Program-made: the position numbers and the translations under genes
In this document: piece by piece, positions 55,261 through 64,000 of the stretch
Layout: every line of letters starts with the position of its first letter
Position numbering within the stretch: the first letter of the stretch is position 1
Assembly (NCBI GenBank): GCA_963968885.1
Contig: CAXAGT010000003.1
Span: 431-64,430 of the forward strand
Direction of reading: 5' to 3'
DNA from: an uncultured Candidatus Poseidoniales archaeon
Lineage (GTDB): Archaea > Thermoplasmatota > Poseidoniia > Poseidoniales > Poseidoniaceae
DNA: 64,000 nucleotides
Notes under the pieces: generated by a model
What the model saw: only the letters and a program-made list of their open reading frames with translations
What the model was told of the DNA's origin: nothing
Databases searched by the model: none

Positions 55261-58173
55261 GTGATTCATCCTATGAGTTCCCAATGGTTTTCTGATGATT
55301 CAAATGTTGTACTATCCAATTTAGAGGTATCAGATAGGGGTTTGACAGAATCCCAAGTTATTGAAAGAAGGCAGAAGTTTGGAGAAAATAAGTTAGCAGA
55401 ACAAGCAAAGACCCCTGCTTTTCTTAGGTTCCTGTCTCAGTACAATGATCCTTTGAATTTTTTACTGATTGCAGCAGCACTCGTTGCTTTAGCCATTCAT
55501 CCTGAGGAACCTGGTGACGCAATTTTCATTTTCATTGTTCTGACAGCGAACGCTGTTTTTGGATTTTGGCAAGAAGGACAAGCAGAACAAGCCATGGAAT
55601 CACTAAAGAAAATGTCAATTTCAAATTGCATCGTTGTTAGAGATGGAATCGACCGAGAGGTTCCGGCAACCGAACTTGTTCCTGGTGATTTAGTAAGGTT
55701 GGAAGAGGGTCTTAATGTTCCTGCTGACATTAGATTGTTAGAAGTTAACCAGTGTAAAATTGATGAATCAGCATTAACCGGAGAATCAATTCCAATTAAC
55801 AAACATGTTGATTCTCTGCCAAAAGATACTCTGCTTGCAGAAAGAAAAAATATGGCTTACATGGGCACAACAATCTCTTCTGGTAGGGGATTAGGTATTG
55901 TGGTTGAAACTGCTATGAGTACCGAACTTGGAAAAATAGCAGGAGATATAGCAGACGCAGAATCTCCAAAAACCCCACTAGAACTAAAATTAGAGAGTTT
56001 AGGTCGATTCCTTGGTTTTATTGCGCTGATTGTAGCTGTTTTATTGGTATCCCTGGTTCTACTTTCTTCCTATGGTAAACCGGGTGTAGACCTTCGAGAT
56101 GAGGTGATAGCATCGTTCATTCTGGCTATATCGATTTTCGTTGCCATCGTGCCTGAAGGATTACCTATTATTTTGGTAATCACACTCTCTCTAGGAATGC
56201 GAAATATGGCACGTCACAAGGCCATAATCCGCCGTATGAAGGCTGTTGAGACATTGGGTTCAACTACCGTAATTTGCTCAGATAAAACGGGAACTCTTAC
56301 CAAGAACCAAATGACAGTGAAAGTCCTTGCAATCGCTGACGACACCTTCGAGGTTAGTGGTGAGGGTTTCAAACCCAAGGGTAGTTTGATGAAAAATGGC
56401 TTAGAATTGGAAGATAAAGAAATGGGAGACTTACAATCAAACCTTGGGTTTAGACTAGCATCTGCCTGTTTATCATTATGTCATAATTCAACTGTATCCA
56501 AAGGAGAAGATGGCTATTGGCAAGCAATTGGTGATCCAACAGATTCTGCTTGTGCTGTATTGGGATGGAAAATTAATGGAGAGAATGCAAAATTTGAACG
56601 ATTGCATCCACGAGTTCATGAACACTTTTTTGATACTGAAAGAAAAAGAATGTCAGTCATTCATAATTATGAAGGAGACCAGTGGTTGTTTTTGAAAGGA
56701 GCTGCAGGTGGGTTAAGGAAACTCGTAACTCATGTTTTTAGAGATGGTGAACTAAGAGAGATTCAAAAACAAGATTTCCTGGATGCGGAAAAAATCAATG
56801 GGGAGATGGCTGGAAATGCTATGAGAGTTTTAGGGCTTGCAGCTAGAAAACTAGAACCAGACGAGGATTATACAAACCTAGAATCGATTGAAAAAGATTT
56901 GATATTCTTGGGATTAGTTGGAATAATAGATCCACCTAGGCCAGAGGTCAAAGATGCTATTTCGATTTGTCAAAAAGCAGGAATTCAAGTAAAGATGATT
57001 ACTGGTGACCAAGCATTAACAGCTGAAGCAATTGGCAAAGATTTGAACATAGTTGAAGGTGGATCCCGCTCTTGGAGTGGTAGAGAAATATCTGGTATGG
57101 ATGATGTTGCGATTGGAGAAGCAGTAATGACTTCCTCAATTTTCTCCAGAGTTGCTCCTGACCAGAAGATGAATCTAGTCACTGCTCTTCAGAAAAAAGG
57201 TCATATTGTGGCTATGACCGGTGATGGTGTCAACGACGCCCCAGCATTGAGCGCAGCAAATATTGGAATTGCTATGGGAGTTGCTGGAACAGATGTTGCT
57301 AAAGATGCTGCGGATATGGTTCTCCAAGATGACAACTTTGCAAATATTGTCCATGCAGTTGAGGAAGGTCGTAAAATCTATCAAAATATCCGGAACTTTG
57401 TACGGTATCAAGTCTCGACAAACATTGCTGCCGTTGCGCTATTGGTCTTTGCCACTGTCCTGTTTGGTCCCAAGGCATTACCACTTACTGCGACGCAAAT
57501 ATTGGTGATCAACATACTAATGGACGGTCCTCCTGCTGTTGCACTTGGAACTGAAAAGAAGCATGGAGACGTTATGAAGCGCCCTCCTAGACCAGTTGAT
57601 GAAGGATTGCCGAATGGAAGGGACCTTGGAATGATGTTCTTCCTTGGTGCTGTGATGGTGGTTGGGACACTAGCAGTGTTTGCGCTCTCTGGAGGTGGTT
57701 TAGAAACCTGTGAGACTTTACAGGGGACTGCTACTGATGTCTTTGATCAAGTTGCTTGTAATGATGTAAATCACGTAAACCACGAAGCTGAATTATTGGC
57801 TGCTGAAGAATACAGAGAAGAAAGATTTGAACACGCTCGAACGATGTCTTTCTCCGTATTTATCGTATTTCAATTGTTTAATGTTTTAAATTGTAGATCT
57901 GATACTGAAAGCGTCGTAAATGGACTTGGATTATTTTCGAATAAAGCGATCAATTATGCGCTACTATTCTCCATTGGTTTGTTACTATTCTTCGTACATT
58001 TCTCAGAAGCAACAATACCAATATTCAACACCCTAGTCGGAGATTTACTGAAAACTACAAAACTCGATTCATTTGATTGGGTGATAGTGTTTGGTGTAGC
58101 CTCTTCTGTCTTCATAATCGAAGAATTTAGAAAATTCATGGTCAAGACTAATTTCTTCGGAGTTAGGAGATAA
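55261..58173 (+). CDS. P-type ATPase, P2 (Ca2+-transporting) type
   Basis: CSDKTGTLT, TGDGVNDAPAL, VPEGLP in TM4, and TGES. Confidence 0.9.
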   Translation: MIHPMSSQWFSDDSNVVLSNLEVSDRGLTESQVIERRQKFGENKLAEQAKTPAFLRFLSQYNDPLNFLLIAAALVALAIHPEEPGDAIFIFIVLTANAVFGFWQEGQAEQAMESLKKMSISNCIVVRDGIDREVPATELVPGDLVRLEEGLNVPADIRLLEVNQCKIDESALTGESIPINKHVDSLPKDTLLAERKNMAYMGTTISSGRGLGIVVETAMSTELGKIAGDIADAESPKTPLELKLESLGRFLGFIALIVAVLLVSLVLLSSYGKPGVDLRDEVIASFILAISIFVAIVPEGLPIILVITLSLGMRNMARHKAIIRRMKAVETLGSTTVICSDKTGTLTKNQMTVKVLAIADDTFEVSGEGFKPKGSLMKNGLELEDKEMGDLQSNLGFRLASACLSLCHNSTVSKGEDGYWQAIGDPTDSACAVLGWKINGENAKFERLHPRVHEHFFDTERKRMSVIHNYEGDQWLFLKGAAGGLRKLVTHVFRDGELREIQKQDFLDAEKINGEMAGNAMRVLGLAARKLEPDEDYTNLESIEKDLIFLGLVGIIDPPRPEVKDAISICQKAGIQVKMITGDQALTAEAIGKDLNIVEGGSRSWSGREISGMDDVAIGEAVMTSSIFSRVAPDQKMNLVTALQKKGHIVAMTGDGVNDAPALSAANIGIAMGVAGTDVAKDAADMVLQDDNFANIVHAVEEGRKIYQNIRNFVRYQVSTNIAAVALLVFATVLFGPKALPLTATQILVINILMDGPPAVALGTEKKHGDVMKRPPRPVDEGLPNGRDLGMMFFLGAVMVVGTLAVFALSGGGLETCETLQGTATDVFDQVACNDVNHVNHEAELLAAEEYREERFEHARTMSFSVFIVFQLFNVLNCRSDTESVVNGLGLFSNKAINYALLFSIGLLLFFVHFSEATIPIFNTLVGDLLKTTKLDSFDWVIVFGVASSVFIIEEFRKFMVKTNFFGVRR

Positions 58174-58227
58174 TTCGTTTCGATAATTATTGCACAAATT
58201 GAATAACATGTTCTGTGCGGCATTATC

Positions 58228-59436
58228 ATGCAAGAGTGGTCTAGCGAGTTGAAATCCGCTGGTATTAACCCCGACTGGAGAAATATTCTTGCTGCTAGTG
58301 TCAATTCTCAGACCTGGTCAGCAGAAATATCTCCTATCGCTAGAAAAGTTGCCGAATCGATACCATTGAGTATGGAAGACGGCATTACCCTTTACTCTCA
58401 TCACAACCTAAACGAGGTAGGAAAGTTAGCAGGTTTAGCTAAATCAAGCAGGTATGGAGATTTTGCCTTTTTCAATTCTAACGTTCACATCAATCCAACA
58501 AATATTTGTGTGCTTGCGTGCAGGTTTTGTGCTTTCAGAAGAGGAAAAAAGGCAGAAGATGCATATGAATTTGGACCAGATGTATACGCAGAAGAGCTCT
58601 CTAAATTTGCAGATCATGTTGATGAGGTGCATACCGTAGGTGGTTTGCACCCAGAATGGAAAATCGAGGATTACGAAAAAATGTTCTCCTCTGCAAAGGA
58701 AAGATTCCCACATGTTATGATTAAAGCTCTTACAGCAGTCGAAATCAAGCACATTTCTAAAAAATCTGATTTATCTGTAAGGGAGACACTTCTGAGGCTT
58801 TCAAAAGCAGGACTCGATTCTCTACCTGGTGGAGGTGCTGAGATATTAGACGATGAGGTAAGAGATAAGATTTGTAGAGGAAAAGAAACCTCAAAAGAGT
58901 ACTTGGATATCCACAAAACAGCCCATGAGTTAGGAATACCAACAAATTGCACAATGCTTTTTGGAACCGTAGAAACTTTAGAGCAAAGAATTCAGCATAT
59001 GATTGACTTAAGAGAACTCGCAAGAGAAACGAATGGTTTCCAATGCTTCGTACCTTATCCGTTCCTGCCAGATGATTCTAGATTGCCCGAAGCACAATTG
59101 GCAACTGGTTCTGAAATAATTAGAACTATAGCCATATCTAGGTTGATGATTGACACAATCCCTCACATCAAGGCATATAGAATGAACATTGGAGATAACC
59201 TGGCTGAACTTGCTTTGCAATACGGTGCAGATGATATCGATGGAACGGTTCAACAGGAATTGATTATGCACTTGGCAGGCTCGAGTACGCCTTTAGACCT
59301 CGACAGGAATAGACTTTCAAGACTAATAGAAGACGCTGGATGTAAGCCAGTAATTAGGAATACAACCTACACAAAATTTAGAGAATTTGTGCCCAAGAAA
59401 ATTATTCCACCCCGCAGGCTGAAAATGTCGAGTTGA
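58228..59436 (+). CDS. radical SAM enzyme of the MqnE/MqnC (CofH-like) family, probably aminofutalosine synthase
   Basis: CVLACRFCAF (Cx3Cx2C). About 400 aa, directly upstream of the MqnA-like gene. Confidence 0.7.
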   Translation: MQEWSSELKSAGINPDWRNILAASVNSQTWSAEISPIARKVAESIPLSMEDGITLYSHHNLNEVGKLAGLAKSSRYGDFAFFNSNVHINPTNICVLACRFCAFRRGKKAEDAYEFGPDVYAEELSKFADHVDEVHTVGGLHPEWKIEDYEKMFSSAKERFPHVMIKALTAVEIKHISKKSDLSVRETLLRLSKAGLDSLPGGGAEILDDEVRDKICRGKETSKEYLDIHKTAHELGIPTNCTMLFGTVETLEQRIQHMIDLRELARETNGFQCFVPYPFLPDDSRLPEAQLATGSEIIRTIAISRLMIDTIPHIKAYRMNIGDNLAELALQYGADDIDGTVQQELIMHLAGSSTPLDLDRNRLSRLIEDAGCKPVIRNTTYTKFREFVPKKIIPPRRLKMSS

Positions 59437-59440
59437 TTTA

Positions 59441-60229
59441 ATGGCTATTTGGAAAAAGACCATTGGAAGAGTTGCTTTCATAAATTGTGATCCTCTTTTC
59501 TTTGGCTTAGATGAGTCGTGGAACGTTCTTTCCTCTCCCCCTTCCTGGCTTACAAAGCATGTCCTCAACAAGGATTGCGTTATTGCGCCTATTCCTACAG
59601 CCGGTTACGCTATGAATCACGAAGAACTTGTACTGATCCCTGACATAGGAATCTGCTCTAATGGTGAAGTTGGCTCCGTCATTGTATTTGGTGAGAAAGA
59701 AATTAATGATATGAGTTCAATTGCCATGCCTTCAGATTCTTCATCAAGCGTCAATTTATTGCGATGGTGGCTTAAAGAAAACGGACTGAGCCCTGCGGAA
59801 GTAACAATGGGGCCGCATCTAGAGAATATGCTTGATAGATGTGATGGTGCATTATTGATTGGAGATAGAGCATTACAATCCGCTAGGGATAATGCTGAGT
59901 TAGTCAAACTAGATCTCGGAAAAGCTTGGCAAGATTCCACAGGTAAACCTATGGTGTTCGGTGTTTTTGTAGCCCGGAAAGATACACCATTGAGTGATTT
60001 AAAACGTGCCCATAAGGCATTACTCAAACAGTTACAACTCTTTGAATCAAATAATGATGTTAAACAAGATGTTGTCCAAAATGCTAGTGCTCATTCCAAC
60101 CTAAGTAATCAGAGGCTAAGCGATTATTTCAACGAAGTTTTCAACAGATTAGACGATGCCCATGTTGAAGGGTTAGAGCATTATTTGAGATTGGTATTTG
60201 GAATAGAAAGTATTGAATTCGCTTGGTAG
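59441..60229 (+). CDS. mqnA: chorismate dehydratase MqnA-like (VitK2 biosynthesis PBP-fold)
   Basis: VAFINCDPLFFGL N-terminus, PSWLTKHVLNKDCVIAPIP, and GEVGSVIVFG. Confidence 0.7.
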   Translation: MAIWKKTIGRVAFINCDPLFFGLDESWNVLSSPPSWLTKHVLNKDCVIAPIPTAGYAMNHEELVLIPDIGICSNGEVGSVIVFGEKEINDMSSIAMPSDSSSSVNLLRWWLKENGLSPAEVTMGPHLENMLDRCDGALLIGDRALQSARDNAELVKLDLGKAWQDSTGKPMVFGVFVARKDTPLSDLKRAHKALLKQLQLFESNNDVKQDVVQNASAHSNLSNQRLSDYFNEVFNRLDDAHVEGLEHYLRLVFGIESIEFAW

Positions 60230-62641
60230 TCATTCTTCTTCATCTATTTTTGAAGTTAATTTTTCCAAAGCTTGGTCCATTTCATCTTCTTGCTTTGATA
60301 CTTTTCTAACACGCCTAGTTTTTGGTTTAACCTCTAGATTTTCTGTTTTGACAGTTCTTTTCCTTATCTTTGTCTGTTCAAGGTTCTCGGCTGATCTATG
60401 CTCTGATTTTAGTTTGCGCTTTTTTGTTTTTGTAGTAGTTCCTACACTACTCTCTTCCGAAATATTTGTAGTCACCTTCTTGCGTCTTGTTCTTACTGTT
60501 GGTTGTTGGGAATTAGAGTCTAAACTTGTTGACGGTTTGGTAAATTCTTTCTTTCTAACAACTCTTTTTCTCCTTTCATTAGGTTCGGTACTTTCCGATT
60601 TATTTTCTTGAATTTTTTCATCTGCATAGTCTGTCTGTGGATCTGAGGCATTGTCGATATCATAATCCTCCATGTCATCATCATAATCTTCGATGTTGGA
60701 ATCAAGTAAAATTTCGTCTTCAATATCTTCTTCATCAAATATTGAATCTAGATTTAAATTAGTCTCGTTATACTTTCTCATTGAAAAAATTGCTAAAATG
60801 ACAAGGATTGCATTTGGGATCAAAAAAAGGATTGGATACTCCATGAAAGAGTTAAACATTTTTTCAATGAATGTTTTTTCTTCGATTACTTCTGCATTAA
60901 GAGTGAAATCTGCCATTAAATCGGATATCCAAAACGGACTAAGAGAATCCTGAACAACTAAATCTCCATCAATTTGGATTGCCATTGGAGAGATTGCTAA
61001 CACGTGAATTATAGATCCATCTTGAGCAGGAGGGTGCCCTGTAATTGTGAATTCTGCTGGAAATTGTGGAACTGAAGTGTAATTAAAACTGGACTTGAAA
61101 TTTATTACTATACTAGTTTGATAGTCATCAACTGCTATTAGTTTCATTCCATCGGTTACGCTACAATCCGTGTTGTTTGAAACCAAATCAGTACTGCTCA
61201 ATTCCATCATTTCTATCCAGGTTTCTGCATATCCCTGAGCATCTAAGTTAGAGCAAATCGAGTTCTCAAACAAAGTAAATTCGCTTTGTTCGATAATTTT
61301 GTTTGAGACTACTGCTTTTCTTGAAATATTTCTAATATCAGATGAAAGTCTAGAATCGACGGTAAATGTCTCTACTAATACTAACTCAGTTTTGTTGAAG
61401 AAAAATTGAACATTACGAATCGTATCTTCATTTGGAATTTTTGCACATGTTTCATCTTGTGCTGGGCAATTAAAGTCCCACTGATCTATAATTCCATCTC
61501 CATCGTCATCTTCATCATGGGAATCAGGAATTCCGTCTCCATCTAAATCTGCTCCAGGTAATCCATAATTTTCGTCTTGCATTGGGACGCTCCAATAACC
61601 TACTTCTTGAGAATCAGTTGCTATGAAAATTTGACTGATTTTTCCTGATTGATCTTCAATCACCACAAAATCACGCATATTCGAGAAAGTTGAGGTACTA
61701 GTGATTATTGAAAAATCATCGGCTCTTAATTCTAAGATTTTCTTTTCATTCTGCCCATTAACAAGCATTCGTATATTCTCTCCATTTTCCGACCAATCAA
61801 ATTTCTCAGCAGAATCTAATTGCAAAGACCTAGAATTAGATCCGTCTTTTTCTAAAACGTATAGTTTGCCGGTTGATGTTAAAATTCCAATCTCATCAGA
61901 TTGAGGATTAAATTCACAATGGATTACACCAGATTCTAGGTCAAAAAAGTAATTTGTCGCTGTAAATGAATCGTCCCAAAATCTGACGACGCCCAAATCG
62001 TCTCCGGTGACTACATATTCTGAGTTAGCACATATTGTGGTAACGGGTGACTCATGAACATCTGACAATGTGAAACGGTCATCTAAAGCAACGCTTTCCA
62101 TTGCTTTAGCACCTTGATTTCCATCTGCAATTATCACGTATTGGCTATTATTAAACCATGATATTGATCGAGGGTTACTACTTACATTGAATGTATTAAT
62201 TAACTGAATTTCACTTGATTTATAATCCCAAATATACAAACCTATACTCGCATTTCCTATGTTATTTACAGAAAAAGCTATTCTTTCATCATCATCAGAG
62301 AATTTTATGTCAAGAATTGGTGCATTAACCTCGATAATGGAGTGAGTGGAATGGTTTGATTGATAGATTACAGATGCGTAATTTCTGTAACCAATTGCTA
62401 TTAATTCTCCATCCTTACTCACATCCAGACTTTCTGACCTTATCACATCCTCTGATGAGGATATTCCACCAGTGAATATGAGATTTGTTGACTCAGAACT
62501 AACTCCTGATGAACAAATAATTAAGGTGGTAAATAATGCTAGAAATAATCGATTTCCAGTAACAAATTTGGTACCGCTACAATCCATGAAAGGATGATGC
62601 AGTCGCCGCATTAACTCGCCCCCATAATGCCATAAACACAT
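60230..62641 (-). CDS. large surface protein with a beta-propeller-like ectodomain, a Ca-binding D-rich motif, one TM helix and a charged cytoplasmic tail
   Basis: Signal/anchor LFLALFTTLIICSSG. Repeated beta-strand blades. DLDGDGIPDSHDEDDDGDGIIDQWD. TM helix ILFLIPNAILVILAIF. The tail is acidic and then K/R-rich. The start may be an internal Met (62611 or 62587). Confidence 0.55.
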   Translation of the reverse strand: MCLWHYGGELMRRLHHPFMDCSGTKFVTGNRLFLALFTTLIICSSGVSSESTNLIFTGGISSSEDVIRSESLDVSKDGELIAIGYRNYASVIYQSNHSTHSIIEVNAPILDIKFSDDDERIAFSVNNIGNASIGLYIWDYKSSEIQLINTFNVSSNPRSISWFNNSQYVIIADGNQGAKAMESVALDDRFTLSDVHESPVTTICANSEYVVTGDDLGVVRFWDDSFTATNYFFDLESGVIHCEFNPQSDEIGILTSTGKLYVLEKDGSNSRSLQLDSAEKFDWSENGENIRMLVNGQNEKKILELRADDFSIITSTSTFSNMRDFVVIEDQSGKISQIFIATDSQEVGYWSVPMQDENYGLPGADLDGDGIPDSHDEDDDGDGIIDQWDFNCPAQDETCAKIPNEDTIRNVQFFFNKTELVLVETFTVDSRLSSDIRNISRKAVVSNKIIEQSEFTLFENSICSNLDAQGYAETWIEMMELSSTDLVSNNTDCSVTDGMKLIAVDDYQTSIVINFKSSFNYTSVPQFPAEFTITGHPPAQDGSIIHVLAISPMAIQIDGDLVVQDSLSPFWISDLMADFTLNAEVIEEKTFIEKMFNSFMEYPILFLIPNAILVILAIFSMRKYNETNLNLDSIFDEEDIEDEILLDSNIEDYDDDMEDYDIDNASDPQTDYADEKIQENKSESTEPNERRKRVVRKKEFTKPSTSLDSNSQQPTVRTRRKKVTTNISEESSVGTTTKTKKRKLKSEHRSAENLEQTKIRKRTVKTENLEVKPKTRRVRKVSKQEDEMDQALEKLTSKIDEEE

Positions 62642-62734
62642 CGAGTTTGAATAGTTGTCTGAGGTCTTTTCATGATTGATGAGATTTAATTTGTTAATGA
62701 CATAGTTCTTGAACGGGTCATTTTTGGGATAACC

Positions 62735-63619
62735 ATGGCAGAGCCACTACCAGTTAACGAAAACGGAGATAAGATTGTCAGAATTGGTCATTCTCCGGAT
62801 CCAGATGACGCATTTATGTTCCACGCAATGACTACTGGCGCCTTTCCAACTCCAGGATACCACTTCGTTCATGAGTTGCAAGACATTGAAACTTTGAATC
62901 ACAGGGCAATGAATTGTGAGCTAGAAGTATCCGCAGTATCTATCCACGCATACCCTGAAATAATGAAGGATTATTCTTTGATGAATTGTGGAGCCTCGAT
63001 GGGTGAAGGGTATGGACCAATGATTGTAACAAAATCAGGAGTAACAGAAGAAGAAGCAAAAAACAACGTTATTGCTGTTCCTGGATTAAAAACCAGTGCC
63101 TACCTTGGTCTAAGGCTTGCTTGGGGCGATGTAGATGTAGAAGTCGTGCCTTTTGATGAAATTATACCAAGGATTTTGGATGGTTCATACCTTTCTGGAC
63201 TCATTATTCACGAGGGGCAATTAACTTACGTTGATCATAACTTGGATGTAATAATAGATTTAGGTGTATGGTGGAACGAAAGAACCGGTGGTTGGCCAAT
63301 GCCACTTGGAGGTAACGTCGTCAGGAGAGATTTAGGTGATGATGATATGCTTGCTATAACTAAATACACAAAAATGTCAATCGAACATGCTATTAAAAAT
63401 CCAGACGATGCATTAGAATTTGCAAAAGCGTGGGGTAGAGGAATAGATGACGATACAAACAAAAAATTTGTTGGAATGTATGTAAACGACAGAACCATAG
63501 ATTACAGACAAGACGGTAGGGATTCTATTAGAAGGTTCTTAAGAGAAGGACAGGATATTGGATTAGTACCAGAAACTTTTGATGTTAAATCTATACAGTT
63601 CATCGGTTCGGATGAGTAA
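62735..63619 (+). CDS. mqnD: 1,4-dihydroxy-6-naphthoate synthase MqnD-like
   Basis: RIGHSPDPDDAFMFHAM, DIETLN, VSAVSIHAY and GASMGEGYGPMIV parallel remembered MqnD motifs (SPCPNDTF, DIE.LN). Confidence 0.7.
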   Translation: MAEPLPVNENGDKIVRIGHSPDPDDAFMFHAMTTGAFPTPGYHFVHELQDIETLNHRAMNCELEVSAVSIHAYPEIMKDYSLMNCGASMGEGYGPMIVTKSGVTEEEAKNNVIAVPGLKTSAYLGLRLAWGDVDVEVVPFDEIIPRILDGSYLSGLIIHEGQLTYVDHNLDVIIDLGVWWNERTGGWPMPLGGNVVRRDLGDDDMLAITKYTKMSIEHAIKNPDDALEFAKAWGRGIDDDTNKKFVGMYVNDRTIDYRQDGRDSIRRFLREGQDIGLVPETFDVKSIQFIGSDE

Positions 63620-63620
63620 C

Positions 63621-64000
63621 ATGAATTCCAATCGAGCTCCAGTCCCTAGTCAGTATGGCTCAGTTGATCCTGCACCACCGACTATGGATGGTAAAATAGC
63701 TACATGGAGAGATACTTTATTGGATGAAGATCAAAAAATGTTTCAGAGAATGCGTGTGGTTTTTTCTTTAAGAAATGAGCGCTCTGACCAAGCAGTATTG
63801 ACTTTGTGTGAAGGTTTTTCGGCAAGCAGTGCATTACTTCGTCACGAACTCGCATATGTCTTGGGTCAAATGCAAAACCCGGCTGCTTTACCCTCATTGA
63901 TTGATAGATTGCAAGACGAAGACGAACATGTCATGGTCAGGCATGAGGCAGCAGAAGCAATGGGGGCAATAGGGGATTTGAGCGTAATTCCTATTTTGAG
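63621..64000 (+). CDS. deoxyhypusine hydroxylase-like HEAT-repeat protein (5' partial, runs off the window)
   Basis: I translated 126 codons from the ATG at 63621 to the window edge and found no stop. The ORF is absent from the ORF track because it is unterminated. HE motifs: SALLRHELAYVLGQMQ and VMVRHEAAEAMGAIGD. Confidence 0.7.
   Translation, partial: MNSNRAPVPSQYGSVDPAPPTMDGKIATWRDTLLDEDQKMFQRMRVVFSLRNERSDQAVLTLCEGFSASSALLRHELAYVLGQMQNPAALPSLIDRLQDEDEHVMVRHEAAEAMGAIGDLSVIPIL

Noticed and set aside
60213-60611. 132-aa plus-strand ORF overlapping the tail of the 803-aa gene
   Set aside because: It is an antisense artefact of the K/R/E-rich tail coding region.
63700-63897. 65-aa minus-strand ORF from the track at the right edge
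   Set aside because: It lies antisense within the much better supported, unterminated plus-strand DOHH-like frame.

Overview
The window is an archaeal chromosomal segment. The translation genes are clearly archaeal: a uS12-uS7-aEF2 cluster, aIF5A, SRP54, archaeal/eukaryal-type ProRS, TrmY, a split transketolase, and a tRNA-Gln with an A1-U72 pair. Other content includes two OPT peptide transporters, beta-oxidation enzymes, futalosine-pathway menaquinone genes, Ca-binding surface proteins and moderate GC. By inference this suggests a planktonic heterotrophic Thermoplasmatota genome (Marine Group II/III-like). I call about 60 CDS and one tRNA. I saw no rRNA, CRISPR array, transposase or integrase.

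The best candidate for an undescribed system is an AT-rich cluster at 30.9-39.6 kb that abuts tRNA-Gln. It has a divergent Fem/GNAT-like gene and a seven-gene operon with stop/start coupling at its last six genes. The operon encodes an ATP-grasp ligase, an intact KASIII-type condensing enzyme, a truncated thiolase-fold partner, a His-motif polytopic membrane protein, an extended SDR, a PaaK/F390-synthetase-like adenylating enzyme and a second membrane protein.

Other notable items:
- a eukaryote-like deoxyhypusine hydroxylase fragment at the right edge (63621 onward)
- a eukaryote-like type-1 IPP isomerase fused to GGPP synthase
- a MamK-like actin paired with a double zinc-ribbon protein
- a thiolase translationally coupled to an atypical DUF35-like protein, with no HMG-CoA synthase between them
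- a membrane trypsin-like protease with a triple W-rich N-terminal repeat
- an mqn cluster interrupted by a large surface protein

All functional calls rest on motifs I read in the supplied translations and on remembered family signatures. No database search was run.
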